From the human T2T-CHM13v2.0 reference genome, Homo sapiens: a stretch of DNA of 64,000 nt. A program made the position numbers and the translations under genes. The notes beneath the pieces are model-generated. The model made no database searches. It was given only the letters and a program-made list of their open reading frames with translations, and was not told where the DNA came from. Shown here piece by piece: positions 45,600 to 58,190 of the stretch. Position 1 is the first letter of the stretch, and each line of letters starts with the position of its first letter. The stretch is taken from assembly GCF_009914755.1 (NCBI RefSeq), contig NC_060937.1; one strand, given 5' to 3'.

Positions 45600-47605
45600 G
45601 ACTGGCCAAGTGGATGGATGAATGATCCCTGCCTGGCACCACCACAATCATTCCAGCCTGCCTGCCTCCTGTGGTGATAGTCTGCCTCTGGCTCTTTCTG
45701 GCTATCTTTTGTGCAGTGGAAAGAGCATGGGCTTTGGACTCAGATTGACCCATATTGACTCCTGATTATAAGTGATATCATCCTGTGCAACTGAGTTCTC
45801 TGAAGCTGATTTTCTTTAAGGGGCTTTGTATACTACTGGGTCCGTACTCAGTGCTCAGAAACTGTTACCTTACTACTGGTGTTATCATGAAGCCTGAATG
45901 AGATGGGGGAGTCAGTGTGGCTGAGGAAAAGATGGTTGACCTTCCCAGCATTTGTCTCACCAATGGCACAGTATATTGGGGTAAAACTATGGACAGTGTA
46001 TCAGGGTAAAAATAAATAGCTTCATTTGCTCCCTCTGCATTAATCTTGATTCTCCTACTTATCACGCTGACCACCCTGAAAACCTGTCTCAGTGGTCTTC
46101 AACTCTGACTGCCCCTTAGAATCACCTGGCCTCACCCTAGGCAATTAAATCAGAATGTTCCCAGGGGCATTTTATGTGTAATTGGGATTGAGTGGTTACT
46201 GGCCCTTCACTTTCTTGCTCTTAGTAGAATGAGTCCAACTTGCACAGTCCCAGAAACTACAAGCATTTTCTAGGAGCAAAAACTGTTTCCTAAGGAAGGT
46301 ACAGAAAGAACAGGGCATGGTGCTGGAAGTTTAGAGTCCTAGTCCTGCTGCAAGTTGGAGACATGATCCAGTAAGCCACAATACCTCTGTATTCTGGTTT
46401 CCTCATTTATCAAATAAGCACCATAGAATCTTCTATCTCAAACGGTAATGGGAAATTTAAAATAGGAAGTAGGTAAGACTTTTTAAACATTTGAAAGTGA
46501 CACAAGTGTGATTTGTTAGTGTTTCCATCAGATGTTCCCATCAGAATTCAATAAAATCCTTGTTGTGCTACTTACTGGCTGTGGGGCTTTGCACAGCTCA
46601 TTTTGCTTTTTGAATCCCAGTTTTTCCTCATCTATAAGATGGAGCTACTTACTCTTCAAATTGCATAATAGTTCCCATTGCTAGCAGCAAAGAAAACAAT
46701 GGGAACTAAAATACACAAGATATAGTATTATTGTGTTGGCTCTTATTATTGGTACTATTATTCCAATGCTGTGGATAAGCTCACTCAAGCCCTTGATTTC
46801 AAGCGGTGGAATCTCATAGTCTCTCATATTAGCGGATGCTGGCACTGGCGTGGCCATAAACAGGTGCAACACTCCTGCCTGCTAAGCTTTTGGATTTTAA
46901 AATGAATGTCAGAGAATCTTTGGTTACCAACCAAGCTGCTGAGGTTGACAGGTACAATTCACTTCACTGCCTGAGACCCGCCCCCTTAGCTTCCATTACC
47001 TGGGCTTTTCTGACTATTAGGTGTGTGACAGAAGATCAATACTGGCGAGAGATGAATATATGTAATCAACCTAACAGAAGCAAGTTGAAATCCTTTGGTG
47101 TGTGGTATCATAAAAGGAGGAAGGTCAATAGGGACACTGGGTCGGACTGAAAAGCAGCCTTGCCCCAAAGCAAATCCTGGCACTTTCCTCTGGCCCACCT
47201 TTTCCCTCCAAGCTACAGCACATGGTACCTTTCTCTAGAGCCCAGAGGCTTTATGTTCTCTAGCAAAGTGGTCTGCATCCTTACGTTGATCATAAGTTCA
47301 GTGATTATAAAAGTTGAGGTCTTTGGGAAACCCAAGAATTAGAGTCGTGGACTTGAAAGTAAGAAATAGGGAAAACAGCACAGTTATTTCTGACTTTTTG
47401 GCTCTACTGTTTATAGTTTTGCCTGTGCAAAGCAATACAAATTCATGTTGTCAGCCAGTGACATAAACAGATTTTTCTTTCCTGAAGCGAATCTGATAAT
47501 TATGATGTTGTAACATATCTTGCACCACCCAAAACAGTAGATTGAGGATGTCAGGTTTCAGTACAACAAAATGGAACAAGTCTTTTCAGAAAGCACGAAC
47601 TGTCA

Positions 47606-47968
<363 letters not shown>

Positions 47969-48517
47969 TTAGTATTTGAAAAAAGCCCACTGGCAACTGT
48001 ACTTAACTATGATAAGCTAGCACTGGCTGATGAATGCAGGGTTTGAAAATTTCTAGTGTCTGGAGTTATGTGAGTGTGGCACGGTAAGCTTGGATGGTCT
48101 CTATTTGGGGGTTCTCTTTCTTCCCCCTTACGCCTGGCAAAACATTTCTTTTGTTAATGGCTTATGTCAAAATTTGTGTTTTGGCTCCTCTTCTGGAGCA
48201 CCTCTCACACTGTACTGTCAGGATTTAGTCACATATTTCTCTGGATTGTATTTCCCTAAGGTTAGTCTCACCTCTTAGTCATTATTATAACCATCCAGTC
48301 CCATACAGTGTTGGCAATAAATTGCATTAGTGCAAATGACTAAATGACTAAAAATTCAGATTGTGAATATGTCTGTTTGTAAAAATGAAAAATAATGATC
48401 TAATAATGCTTTGGGTGCCAAACTCAAATTTGGGGTATGTGTAGGGAGAGCTGAAGACAAGGGTGAAGAAAAATAAAGGAAGGTGTCCTTGCTCTGAGCT
48501 TTGTTTTAGGGAGGCAT

Positions 48518-48890
48518 TTCTCAAACTTTAGTGAGCATCAGACTCTGCCACACCTCTTAAAACACACACTGCTGGACCTCCGTCCAGAGGTTCTGATGCA
48601 GTTAGTAGGGAGCAGGCTGTAGAATTTGCATCTGAATTAGCAAGCTCCCGGGTGATGCTGATGCTGCTGGTCCAGGGACCACGCTTTGTGAATAGCTGCT
48701 TTAGGGTAGTGGCTCTCACCCCTGGCTGCACATCAGTATCAACTGGAGAGCTTTAGAGAAGGTCCTGATGCCCATGCCAAACCCAGCCCAATTAAATCAT
48801 GTTTGGAGGGTGGGCTGAGGTGGACATCAAATGTCAAAGCGTTTGCAAAGCTTTTTCCAAGCTCCCCAGACAATTCCAATGTAAGAGATA
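48518..48890. mobile_element. Two adjacent MER5-family elements
   Basis: ttctcaaactttagtgagcatcaga...caagctcccgggtgatgctgatgctgctggtcc, then gtagtggctctcacccctggctgcacatcag. Confidence 0.75.
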
Positions 48891-49239
48891 CTGCAGGTCA
48901 CCTGCTATATGAGGAAGGTTAGAGTGTGCTTTATGGACATAAACAAAGTGTCCTGGTTTTGTGTTTTGGAGGGGGATTAAGCAGTTATGTAAACCTTAAT
49001 TAGTTTTGATCACAGTATAAGCAGCGGAGTTAGATCTGCCTGCATGTAAGAAGGAAAATTTTAAAGTCCACTTTTCTTATTACAGACCCACAAAGCCGAA
49101 CAAACTCCAACGCAAACGTACACTCTCTACCAAAATGCCACAAGGGATATTTAGACAAGTAAAGGGCGTAGGTACAAGCCTAATTTACAGCCATTCACAT
49201 GTATTATTTGCAAAGAGCTTGAGCCGAAAGGAAAGCCTT

Positions 49240-49780
49240 TTCCTTTGCAGCGCCTTATGGGGGAAGCCACGCTCTGTCTGTTCGGAACAGATGTCGGCCC
49301 TCGGAGGGGTTTCTCTGCCAGGAGGCGGCCCAGGCCTCAGTCCGTGTTTCTGATGCGGGATAAGGAGGGGGCATTTCCTTGTGGGAGAAGCCCCATGCCC
49401 CACGCCCCGTGGGCTGGGGGAGGCTGGAGGAGCAGCCTAGGGAGGGGCGGGGCTCCGGAGGGAACGGGCTGCTCTCAGAGCGGCGGCCGCCAGGGGGCGC
49501 CCTTGCTCCCCAAGCGGGTGACGCCGGGGGTCACCCCACCCTCCAGCCTCTGTTTTGGGTCCCGCTCTGTCACTCCTCCTACCCCCACTGGAGTTTGCCC
49601 CCTAGGGGAGGGGGTTTGGGAAGCGAGAATCTTCCCCGGGATGCCGGGGAAAGGGCAGGCAAATTAAATGAAATCATTCCGGTGTGGCATTTAAATGGTC
49701 AAGTGAAGGCTGGACTTGGAATGAGTGTTACTAGCTTTGTGCAAACTGGCGCCTGCTCGCCCTTGCGTACCGCCTTCCTC
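49240..49780. promoter_or_regulatory. Intronic CpG/GC-rich element with GC box and CTCF motif
   Basis: Many CpGs in non-repetitive sequence, GGGGCGGGG at 49444-49452, and GGCCGCCAGGGGGCGC at 49485-49500. Confidence 0.7.
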
Positions 49781-50460
49781 CTTCACATTCTCTAGGGCTG
49801 GGTTGATGTTTTTTAATCTTAGCCCCTAAGACTTGACCAGAAAATTTCCCTTTAAAGATAGCTATCATAACCTGTCTCTAAGCTCTGAGTGACTGCTGCT
49901 TGTGCCTGTGTCAGCAGTCACAATAGTCTCTCCTTTAAGGAGGTATCTGGCTGTATTACTCATAATTTGGAAAGAATATCACATTCTGGTCCCTTGCTGA
50001 GAGGTCTGACTGTTTCAAACTCTGTTGAGAAGAAAGCAAGATTAATCCCTTCCCATTTGTTTCCCACCCTCCTCCAAACCAGACTGGAGGAGTTTATGCA
50101 TATGCATTTTCAAAGAGTTGAGGATATAATTCAAAGGCACATTTCCAAATTAGCTTCTCTGGGCAGGGAACAATTAAAACTGGAGTAATTCATTTATTCT
50201 AATTGAGGTTCTGCATATTTTAACATAAAACCTATTGCACCACTAATGTTCTCTCTGCAAATGTTCCAAAGTAATTGGGAAGGCTTTATCACTCCATTAA
50301 AAGTGCTGAAAACTGTGTGACAAAGATTAAAACTGTTCTGTCCTGAAGGCTGGAATATTGGTTGGGAATATAAAGAAGCAAAAATCAAGTAGATTCAGAA
50401 TGATGGGTAAGTTATTGGTTTATGACTGTATGGGGTAATTTATAAAAATTCCTACATTAA

Positions 50461-50552
50461 ATGTACATGTTTTGAAGCACAAAACTCTCCAATGATCATT
50501 TTTACACAGGATGTACGCGTTTTGAAGCACAAAACTCTCCAGTGATCACAGG
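50461..50552. repeat. Imperfect ~50-bp tandem duplication
   Basis: atgtac(at/gc)gttttgaagcacaaaactctcca(a/g)tgatca at 50461 and 50511. Confidence 0.9.
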
Positions 50553-50734
50553 TCATAGACTGTCTGATTTTTATGTGAAATCCCATTTTAAGAGTAAAAT
50601 ATAAGTAACATAGTAGGCTCTAGTCTATAAACAAAGACTTCTATTTATAGTTTGTTTGCCCCCTGAGCCCCATCTCATCTGCTGGTGGCATGCACATGCT
50701 CTTTATTACCAGTGCGAATATAGCTGGGAAACTA

Positions 50735-51485
<751 letters not shown>

Positions 51486-51924
51486 CTGGACAAAGAAGAA
51501 AAGTTTTATAACTACTGGGACTCTTGTTTAACTATATCTCATTTTGTTGGTTATGCCGATGGTACTAGTTTAGCAACAGTATTATTAAAATAGCATGCAA
51601 TCAGAAACAGTGGGGATGTACACATTCTACATTAAGAAAGTCAATTAAAAATACATCCAGTGTTAATCCCATAGTAATTGGATGTACTTTGGGTTACAGT
51701 TCTCAGCCATTCTTAGGCTGAATTGCCACAGCTGCTGTCAGGAATTTCAGCTCCTATAATGTTGCTTAGCTAATAAAAGGAAAACAAAAAAGTCTTAAGT
51801 AAAGATTAGCAGACAACTTTCCTCCCTGGAAATTCTCATTGAAATGATTACATGTTGGCCAAGCATGATTTCAAACCGGAAAGAAAATTACACAGCAATA
51901 AAATATAGCGGCATGAGAACTTAC

Positions 51925-52084
51925 ATTTGTCTTCAGGGTTCACACATGAGATACATTTGTTATTCTGTGACTCGCTGCATCTCTCACAGTAATTAAACTG
52001 GTGTAGAGTCCCCTCTTCTTGATCTTCCACCAGCATAATATGATAGTAATTTGGTTTCTGTTTTGCTGACTTCAAAAACTGCAT
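51925..52084 (-). CDS. HTR2A: Exon-1 ORF: alternative N-terminus of the exon-2-skipping HTR2A isoform (MQFLKSAKQKPNYY...EDK); a 53-codon uORF in the canonical mRNA
   Basis: 160 nt from ATG at 52084 to donor T|gtaagt at 51925/51924. Joined to exon 3 it gives TGG TAC CGG, in frame with YRWPLPSK. Matches my recollection of annotated isoform 2. Confidence 0.75.
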
Positions 52085-52310
52085 GCAAGAGCTGAGCCAG
52101 CTCCCGCACTGCTAGGATCCTGTTGGCTTCCTCTGGCACGGCTCGGCTGGGTTCCTCCCTCCCTGTGCGGCTCGCCTCAGCAGGCACACATTTAGAAATC
52201 ATTCACGAGCCCCTCAAAGTCGCACAAAAGAACTGCATGGGAAAGTAGGAAGAGCTGTCTGCACCAAGGGACTCCTGGTTTCCACGGGAATGGAGTAGCT
52301 CTCTGACTGT
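51925..52310 (-). other. HTR2A: HTR2A exon 1 (5' boundary approximate)
   Basis: Strong gtaagt donor at 51924 and CpG-enriched non-repetitive sequence at 52085-52400. The TSS cannot be fixed from sequence alone. Confidence 0.65.
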
Positions 52311-52700
52311 CTCGTTCATTTCATCAGACCTCCCTCTATGTGTATGTCATAAGCTGCAAGGTAGCAACAGCCAGGAGGGCGGACCAAACAGGCTTTTTCT
52401 TCTCCCTCTTTTTGCTACATATTAATATTGGGAAGTTTTCCTTTGCTTTTGAGAGAAACTGGAGAAATGGCCTTTTGTGCAGATTCCCATTAAGGTAGGT
52501 AAGTGGCACTGTGGTAATTTTTTAGGCTGAAGGGTGAAGAGAGAACATAAATAAGGCTAGAAAACAGTATGTCCTCGGAGTGCTGTGAGTGTCCGGCACT
52601 TCCATCCAAAGCCAACAGTGTTTGTGTCCAGAGTGGAATTACTGACATTGGCCACATAGGCTCAGGGTGGCTAGGCACGTCTGTGGTGATAACTCTGATA
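52085..52700 (-). promoter_or_regulatory. HTR2A: HTR2A promoter region containing the rs6311 (-1438G/A) site at 52594
   Basis: Context GTGAGTGTC[C]GGCACTTCC is the known rs6311 flank; CCGG (MspI) is present, i.e. the G allele on the gene strand. GC box ggagggcgga near 52374-52383. Confidence 0.8.
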
Positions 52701-53202
52701 AACTATTAGCACTATTTTTATTTAATAGATACACCATTGAACTGGCTTATTTTCTTCAGCAGAAATATGCCACCCAGATATTATTCAAAACCTCACATGT
52801 GGTAGGAAATAAGTTGGTTTCGCAGTACCAATTTTTTTCCCCCACCAGTAATGACAACTTGCCTTACTTGTAAAGAAAGCCCTTTCCCAAGTAGGTTTCT
52901 AAAGGAGGCAGTTCGATCTCTCTCTTTTTGCAGGCATGAAAATATTTTCCTCAATAGTTGGGTTTTGCTACAGTTCTATCACCTTCTGTTCTTCACATTC
53001 TCCCTAGACAAATTCAACCACTCTCATGCCTTCAATATGTTTGTGGCCAAGTCTGTACCTTCATAGCTGATTATTTCTCTCAGTTCCAGACCTAAATCTC
53101 TAGCTGCCCATTGGCTCCTTCCATGGTAGCCTGGGAGACCTTGACCTCAGCATCTTCCCTCACTCCGCATCCCCCTGCCCGGCTCTCAGTGCTTGTTCCT
53201 AC

Positions 53203-53480
53203 CCATTGGCTTGCATGATGGAATCACCACCTCTTCAGACAGCTGCTGTTATCCGCGACTCTTCCTTCATTCTCGCTGCCAGATCCCACTTCGTCTCCGG
53301 TGCTACCTCTGTATGCGTGTTTCTCACATGTCCTCTCCTGCAGCCTGCAGCTGGCACCCTGTGGTCGAGATCTAGCCACCTATTTCCTGGGTGGGTGCCT
53401 TAGTGCCCCCCTCACTGCCCTGCCTGCCACCCTCCTACCCCTCCACGTTAAATATGCACGCTGGCGAGCAGGCAGCGGAG
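53203..53480 (-). other. HTR2A: Probable upstream alternative first exon ('exon 0') of HTR2A; 5' end approximate
   Basis: Donor ATGG|gtagga at 53203/53202 places 52594 at intron position +609, matching the recalled description of rs6311 as c.-329+609. Locally CpG-enriched unique sequence. Confidence 0.55.
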
Positions 53481-53484
53481 AACA

Positions 53485-54200
53485 CAGACCTTAGAGTTCC
53501 TTGGTTTTGGATCCTAGCTCTATCACTCATAAACAGTAGAACCTCGCCTCATCTAGTTGCTCCCTTTAAAGCTCAGTCTTCTCACTTGTAAAATGGGATA
53601 ATACCTTCCTCATAAGATTGTAGTGAAGCTAAACTGAGATAATGTGTGTAAGTATTTGGCCCATGTCTGGCTTATAGGAGGTTCTCAAGTAATGTCAGCC
53701 ACTTTCATTCCTATTGATATTCTTACTGATATTAATGACACAATTGGCATCACTCCCATGCCTACACTCCTGCAGTCCCTTCCTTGTGGGGCACATAACA
53801 CTTTTCTTCATCTACCTGTACCCTGCTTGCCCCACTTTGCAGGCCTGGACTCTGGTTACTCTCCCAGTCAGCCTGTATGCAGACTGAACTTACATGTTTC
53901 TGACCATTTTTATGTCTCTGTACTTGTACTTCCCTGTGCCCGGAGTGCTCTTACCATTCCTTTTTTGTGTGTGTCCATCTGGCAAATTCGTGCTTAGTTC
54001 CAGAGCAGCTCTGGATCCCAGGCCTACCACTCACCACATCTGTAAGCGTGATTAAGCTACCTAATCTCTGTGTTTTAGTCTCCTCATCCGCAAGTAGGGA
54101 ACATTAATAATAAAAAGACCTCAGGATTGACGTGAAAGCCAAATAAATTTACATATTTGCCTGGCACATTTTAAGCACTCAATAAAGGTTAGTTGCTATT
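53485..54200 (+). mobile_element. Two MIR fragments (about 53485-53700 and 54000-54200)
   Basis: ctcagtcttctcacttgtaaaatgggataatac; cctggcacattttaagcactcaataaaggttag. Confidence 0.6.
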
Positions 54201-55049
54201 ATTCTTACTAAGTTTACTGTTCCTAAGCTTTCTGTAGCCCTCCTTCCCAGTGGAGGCAAAGACTATAGCACCTTCTGCAGCCTTCTATTTTTAACACATC
54301 ATGTCTCATGTAAGCCTCATAAAGGCAGGAACTGTATCTATCTTGTTAACAGCTGGGCGCATAGTGCTTAAGTATGTTTGTTGAATGAATGCATGACATC
54401 TGTGTAAATGTCTGTCTTCTTTATTAGATGTTGAACTTCATTTCCATACCCTTAATATAGATGTAATCTATATTACATCTATCTTATACTATTATATTAT
54501 CCACCCAGATGCAATTCATAAACCTCACATGTGGTATCTAAGCATGGTATCTCATAATGGAAGGTCCTCAACAGATGTGTTCTGACTGAATTGTTATTAG
54601 CATAAATTAAGATGAATTGATTATTAAAAAGGAGAACCAGGGAGAAACTTAGAACCTCTCATTTTTTCTTGTTACTTTGTTTATTGGGATACCAATTTAA
54701 TTTTATTAAAGATAGCAGAGGGAAATGTAATATAAAAAATACTCCAGTGTCAGGAAGTTATTCAAAAGTTTTCTGAGGTTAAATTTTATGGATGTTCTTG
54801 TTATAGCTCTTAGAGAATTCTGATGATCTCAGTCCATTATTTCTCATGAAGAACAGCTAGGCTTCTAGTCATGCCAAAACTAATCAGTGTTTCTTATTAT
54901 GTGGTTTACACTGGGAAATATTTTTTTGGCTACCATCTAAGATTATTTCTAGTTTTTATTGCAATTTTATGAATACTTGTTATGGACAAAGCAGTAGGGG
55001 CATAATCTAGGCTCCTGATTCTTAAACAGAGCTTCTAGGTTAATAGCAT

Positions 55050-55552
55050 GAGGGTTAGATTAGGTAGGAATAGTTTCTTGCTGGGCAGATGCCCCTGTGA
55101 GTTTGGTGAGACGAGTGTGTGTTGGCTGCTGTAGTGCGCACCGTGATGCCTCGCCCAGCTTCTGCTTCAGGGCTGAGACTCGGGCTCCCTGCTGCTGGAA
55201 GGATTGGTGGCTGGCTCTCCACTCTTTCTGTGAACACTCCCCTCAGCCAAGGAAGCCAGCTTGCCAGTGGTCATGCCCCTTCTCTGTGGCAGCCAGCATG
55301 CAAAGACTGGTCCATTGTGAGGATATAAAGGGCTGGCCCTCTTGCCTGATGGCTGAAGAACTTTGGTTCCAGTGCTTCTATGGGATTCACTGAGGCCTTT
55401 GTTGTGTCAAATCCAAGTTAAATATCTCCCCTTGTCCAGTCTGGCTTCTCTTGCTCCCCTGCCGGTGTTGATCTGAGAGCTCGCCCCACACAAATCTCTT
55501 GCACACACATCAGTCACAGAGTCAGCTTCCTGGGGAGCTCAACCTATGACCT
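55050..55552 (+). mobile_element. Old ERVL-class LTR (LTR16-like)
   Basis: 3' end cagagtcagcttcctggggagctcaacctatgac resembles ERVL LTR termini. Confidence 0.45.
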
Positions 55553-56164
55553 ATCATCTTTAGCTGTGTATTAATGCCTTGAATAACATCTCTGGGTGAG
55601 TTGGATGTCTTACACAAAACAGATAAGTGTTGTCTATGTGATGATGAATGATGCTTCCTTGCCATAAGCTTAGAATTCTTCAATATACATCTGGCTTTGC
55701 TATCTAATTACTGCCAGAAGGAATTTAAGGTTAACAATACCAGAACTATATTTATTATCTTGGGCAGAATTTCTCTAGTTCTTAATTGGACCATATATAG
55801 GAATACATTTTATAACTAGTTCATTTTGGAAGATTCACTAGAAAGTGATTGCTTAAAATTAGATGTTAATATTTTCTCAATGACTTCAGTGGTATTTGTA
55901 GCCTTTGTTTGAATTTTTTTCCAGGCTAAAGTTATTGGGTTTCTGAAACTGTAGTGTCTTACATATGTCAATGTATATGAGAAAAAAAGGTTCCTTGACC
56001 AATTAAGTCTGGAACATTACTGTATCTTATAGTCTCCTCTTAGAAATAATACAGTGCATAATTGCATATTAAAAGCTGTAAGAGATCCTGCAGTAAGGAA
56101 ATTTGTTTATATTTATTTCATTCCTCTTCATCCAGAACACTCATTGAAAGACACTTTAATTTTG

Positions 56165-56450
56165 TCTAAATTGAGTTATATTTTAAATTTATTAAAACAT
56201 AATGCTCTTAAGTATACAATTCACTGAGTTTTGACAAATATGTACACCCATGTAACCATCACCCAAATTAAGATATCCACCATTTTCATCATTTTTGAAA
56301 GTACTCTCCTATCCTTTTTTGACTTTAACTTAAATGGACACATGTGGCCCTCCTTCCTAGTGGAGGCAAAGACTGTAGCATCTTCTGCAGTCTTCTATGT
56401 CACGCTTCTTTCACTCAACAGTGTATCTGTGTGTTCATCCATGTCACTGT
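56165..56450 (-). mobile_element. Old L1M 3' fragment
   Basis: gagttttgacaaatatgtacacccatgtaaccatcacccaaattaagata...gcttctttcactcaaca. Confidence 0.7.
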
Positions 56451-56989
56451 GATTAAATGATTATTTAATGGATTGTAGTCTGAGAAACTGAAATGGCCTG
56501 GACATTTGGGGTTTCAACATTTATTTTTTTTCTTGTTCAAAGGAACATAGAATAGGTCCCTTTTCTTTGTTACGTTTGTCCTTTTTAAGCTGCTTAATTT
56601 TTCAAGACAGTGCCAACCTTAACCTTCACTCAATTGATTATGCCTGATTTTGTTATGAATTGGCAGCATAGAATTCTTTTACTCTATGATATTTAAGAAT
56701 ATGTCTCTAAGATTTCTGCTGCTCAAACATTACTAATGGCCTGAGAATGAGGAAAAAAATATTAACAGAGGGTTTACTGACTGACATTTTATCTATCACT
56801 TCCTTTTGGTGCTCTGATACTTAGGTTTGGAACAAGCCAGACCATCGGACCAATGTATATTTAGAAAACAATATCATGAACTGCCTTCTATTATGGCACT
56901 GGCTTGTATCTAAAAAAAAAAACTACTTGAAATTAGCTAATGACTGTCATCTATCTTTTTAATTTTCTCACAGTGGCACCGAGTTGAAC

Positions 56990-58190
56990 AATATTCATTA
57001 ATTTAACAGTTGATAATTGACTGCTGTGTCAAGCACTATTATAGGTGCTGAGTATAACCATGAAGATGAGCATAGTTCCTGCCTTCATTCATTCAAGAAA
57101 TAGTTGGCAGTAGCATGGATGAGTACAGAGTTTAGGGAAGAGACATCAAATAGCCAATGGCATGTTGGTATTTAAGGTATGCTACTAGGTGAAATCATCT
57201 AAGAGAGTGAGTGGAGATAAAGAAGGGAAGAGGTCTGAGAACTCAGCCATGGATTACTGCAATAGTTTAGGTCAGAGAGTGTGGAGGAACCTGCCAAGTA
57301 GAATGAAAAGGGGCACCCAGTGAGTTAGGAGAGACACAAAGAGAAAGTGTAATCCTAAAGTAAAAGAAAAGAAAGATGGCCAAGAAGAATGAGTATGCAA
57401 CTGGGTGAAATGCCTTCTGACCAGCTGAGTATAATAAGGACTGAGAAATCACCGTAAAATTTGTCAAAATGGTAGTCTTTGGTGGCCTTGATAAGAACTG
57501 TTCCAGTGGAGTAGTTGGAATAACAGCCCAATGGAATGGGTTCAAGAGGGGAGGGGGAGGGAAGCAAGAACATCAGTTTCAGGTGAGAGATGGTGTGGCT
57601 TTCACTAGGGTAGTGCTAGTGGGTTTGTGAGAAATGGTCAGATTCTGCGTATGTTTTAAAGGTAGAGCCAACAGAACTTGATGACAGATAATGATAGGAT
57701 ATGGGACGTGAGAGAAAGAAGAGAGCTGCGTCACTCTGAAGGTTTTAGATCTGAGCAACTAGAAGAATGGGGCATCGTCCTTAACAGAAATAGTCAAGGC
57801 TTCAGTGGGAGCTTACTTGGGGTGATTATCAGATCAGTCTTGGATATGCTAACTTGAGGTCTGTGTAAGACAAATAACTATGTCTATAAGACACTGAGCA
57901 TAAGAGTCTGAAATAGAGTACAGAGGTCCAGGATGCAGATATAAATTTGGAAACTGTCAGTATATACGTGGTGTTGAAAGCTGTGAGGTAGAATGTGATT
58001 CCCTAAATATCCGAGTAGAGGAAGAAGCAGTTTAAAGACTGAATCTGGAGCTTCTTCAACAGTTAGAGGTAAGGGAGATAAGAAAGACGTGGCAGAGGAG
58101 ACCGTGGGGTTGGTGAGGAAGGAGGAAAAGTGAAGAATGTGGTGTTCTAGGAGCCAAGATAAGAAAATATTTCGAGGAGGAGAGCGACCG
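56990..58190 (-). mobile_element. L2 fragments
   Basis: gagaaatggtcagattctgcgtatgttttaaaggtagagccaacagaacttgatga. Confidence 0.7.

Noticed and set aside
49245-49795. Overlapping 138-140 aa ORFs on the + strand
   Set aside because: Expected in GC-rich, stop-poor DNA; no recognisable domain or codon pattern.
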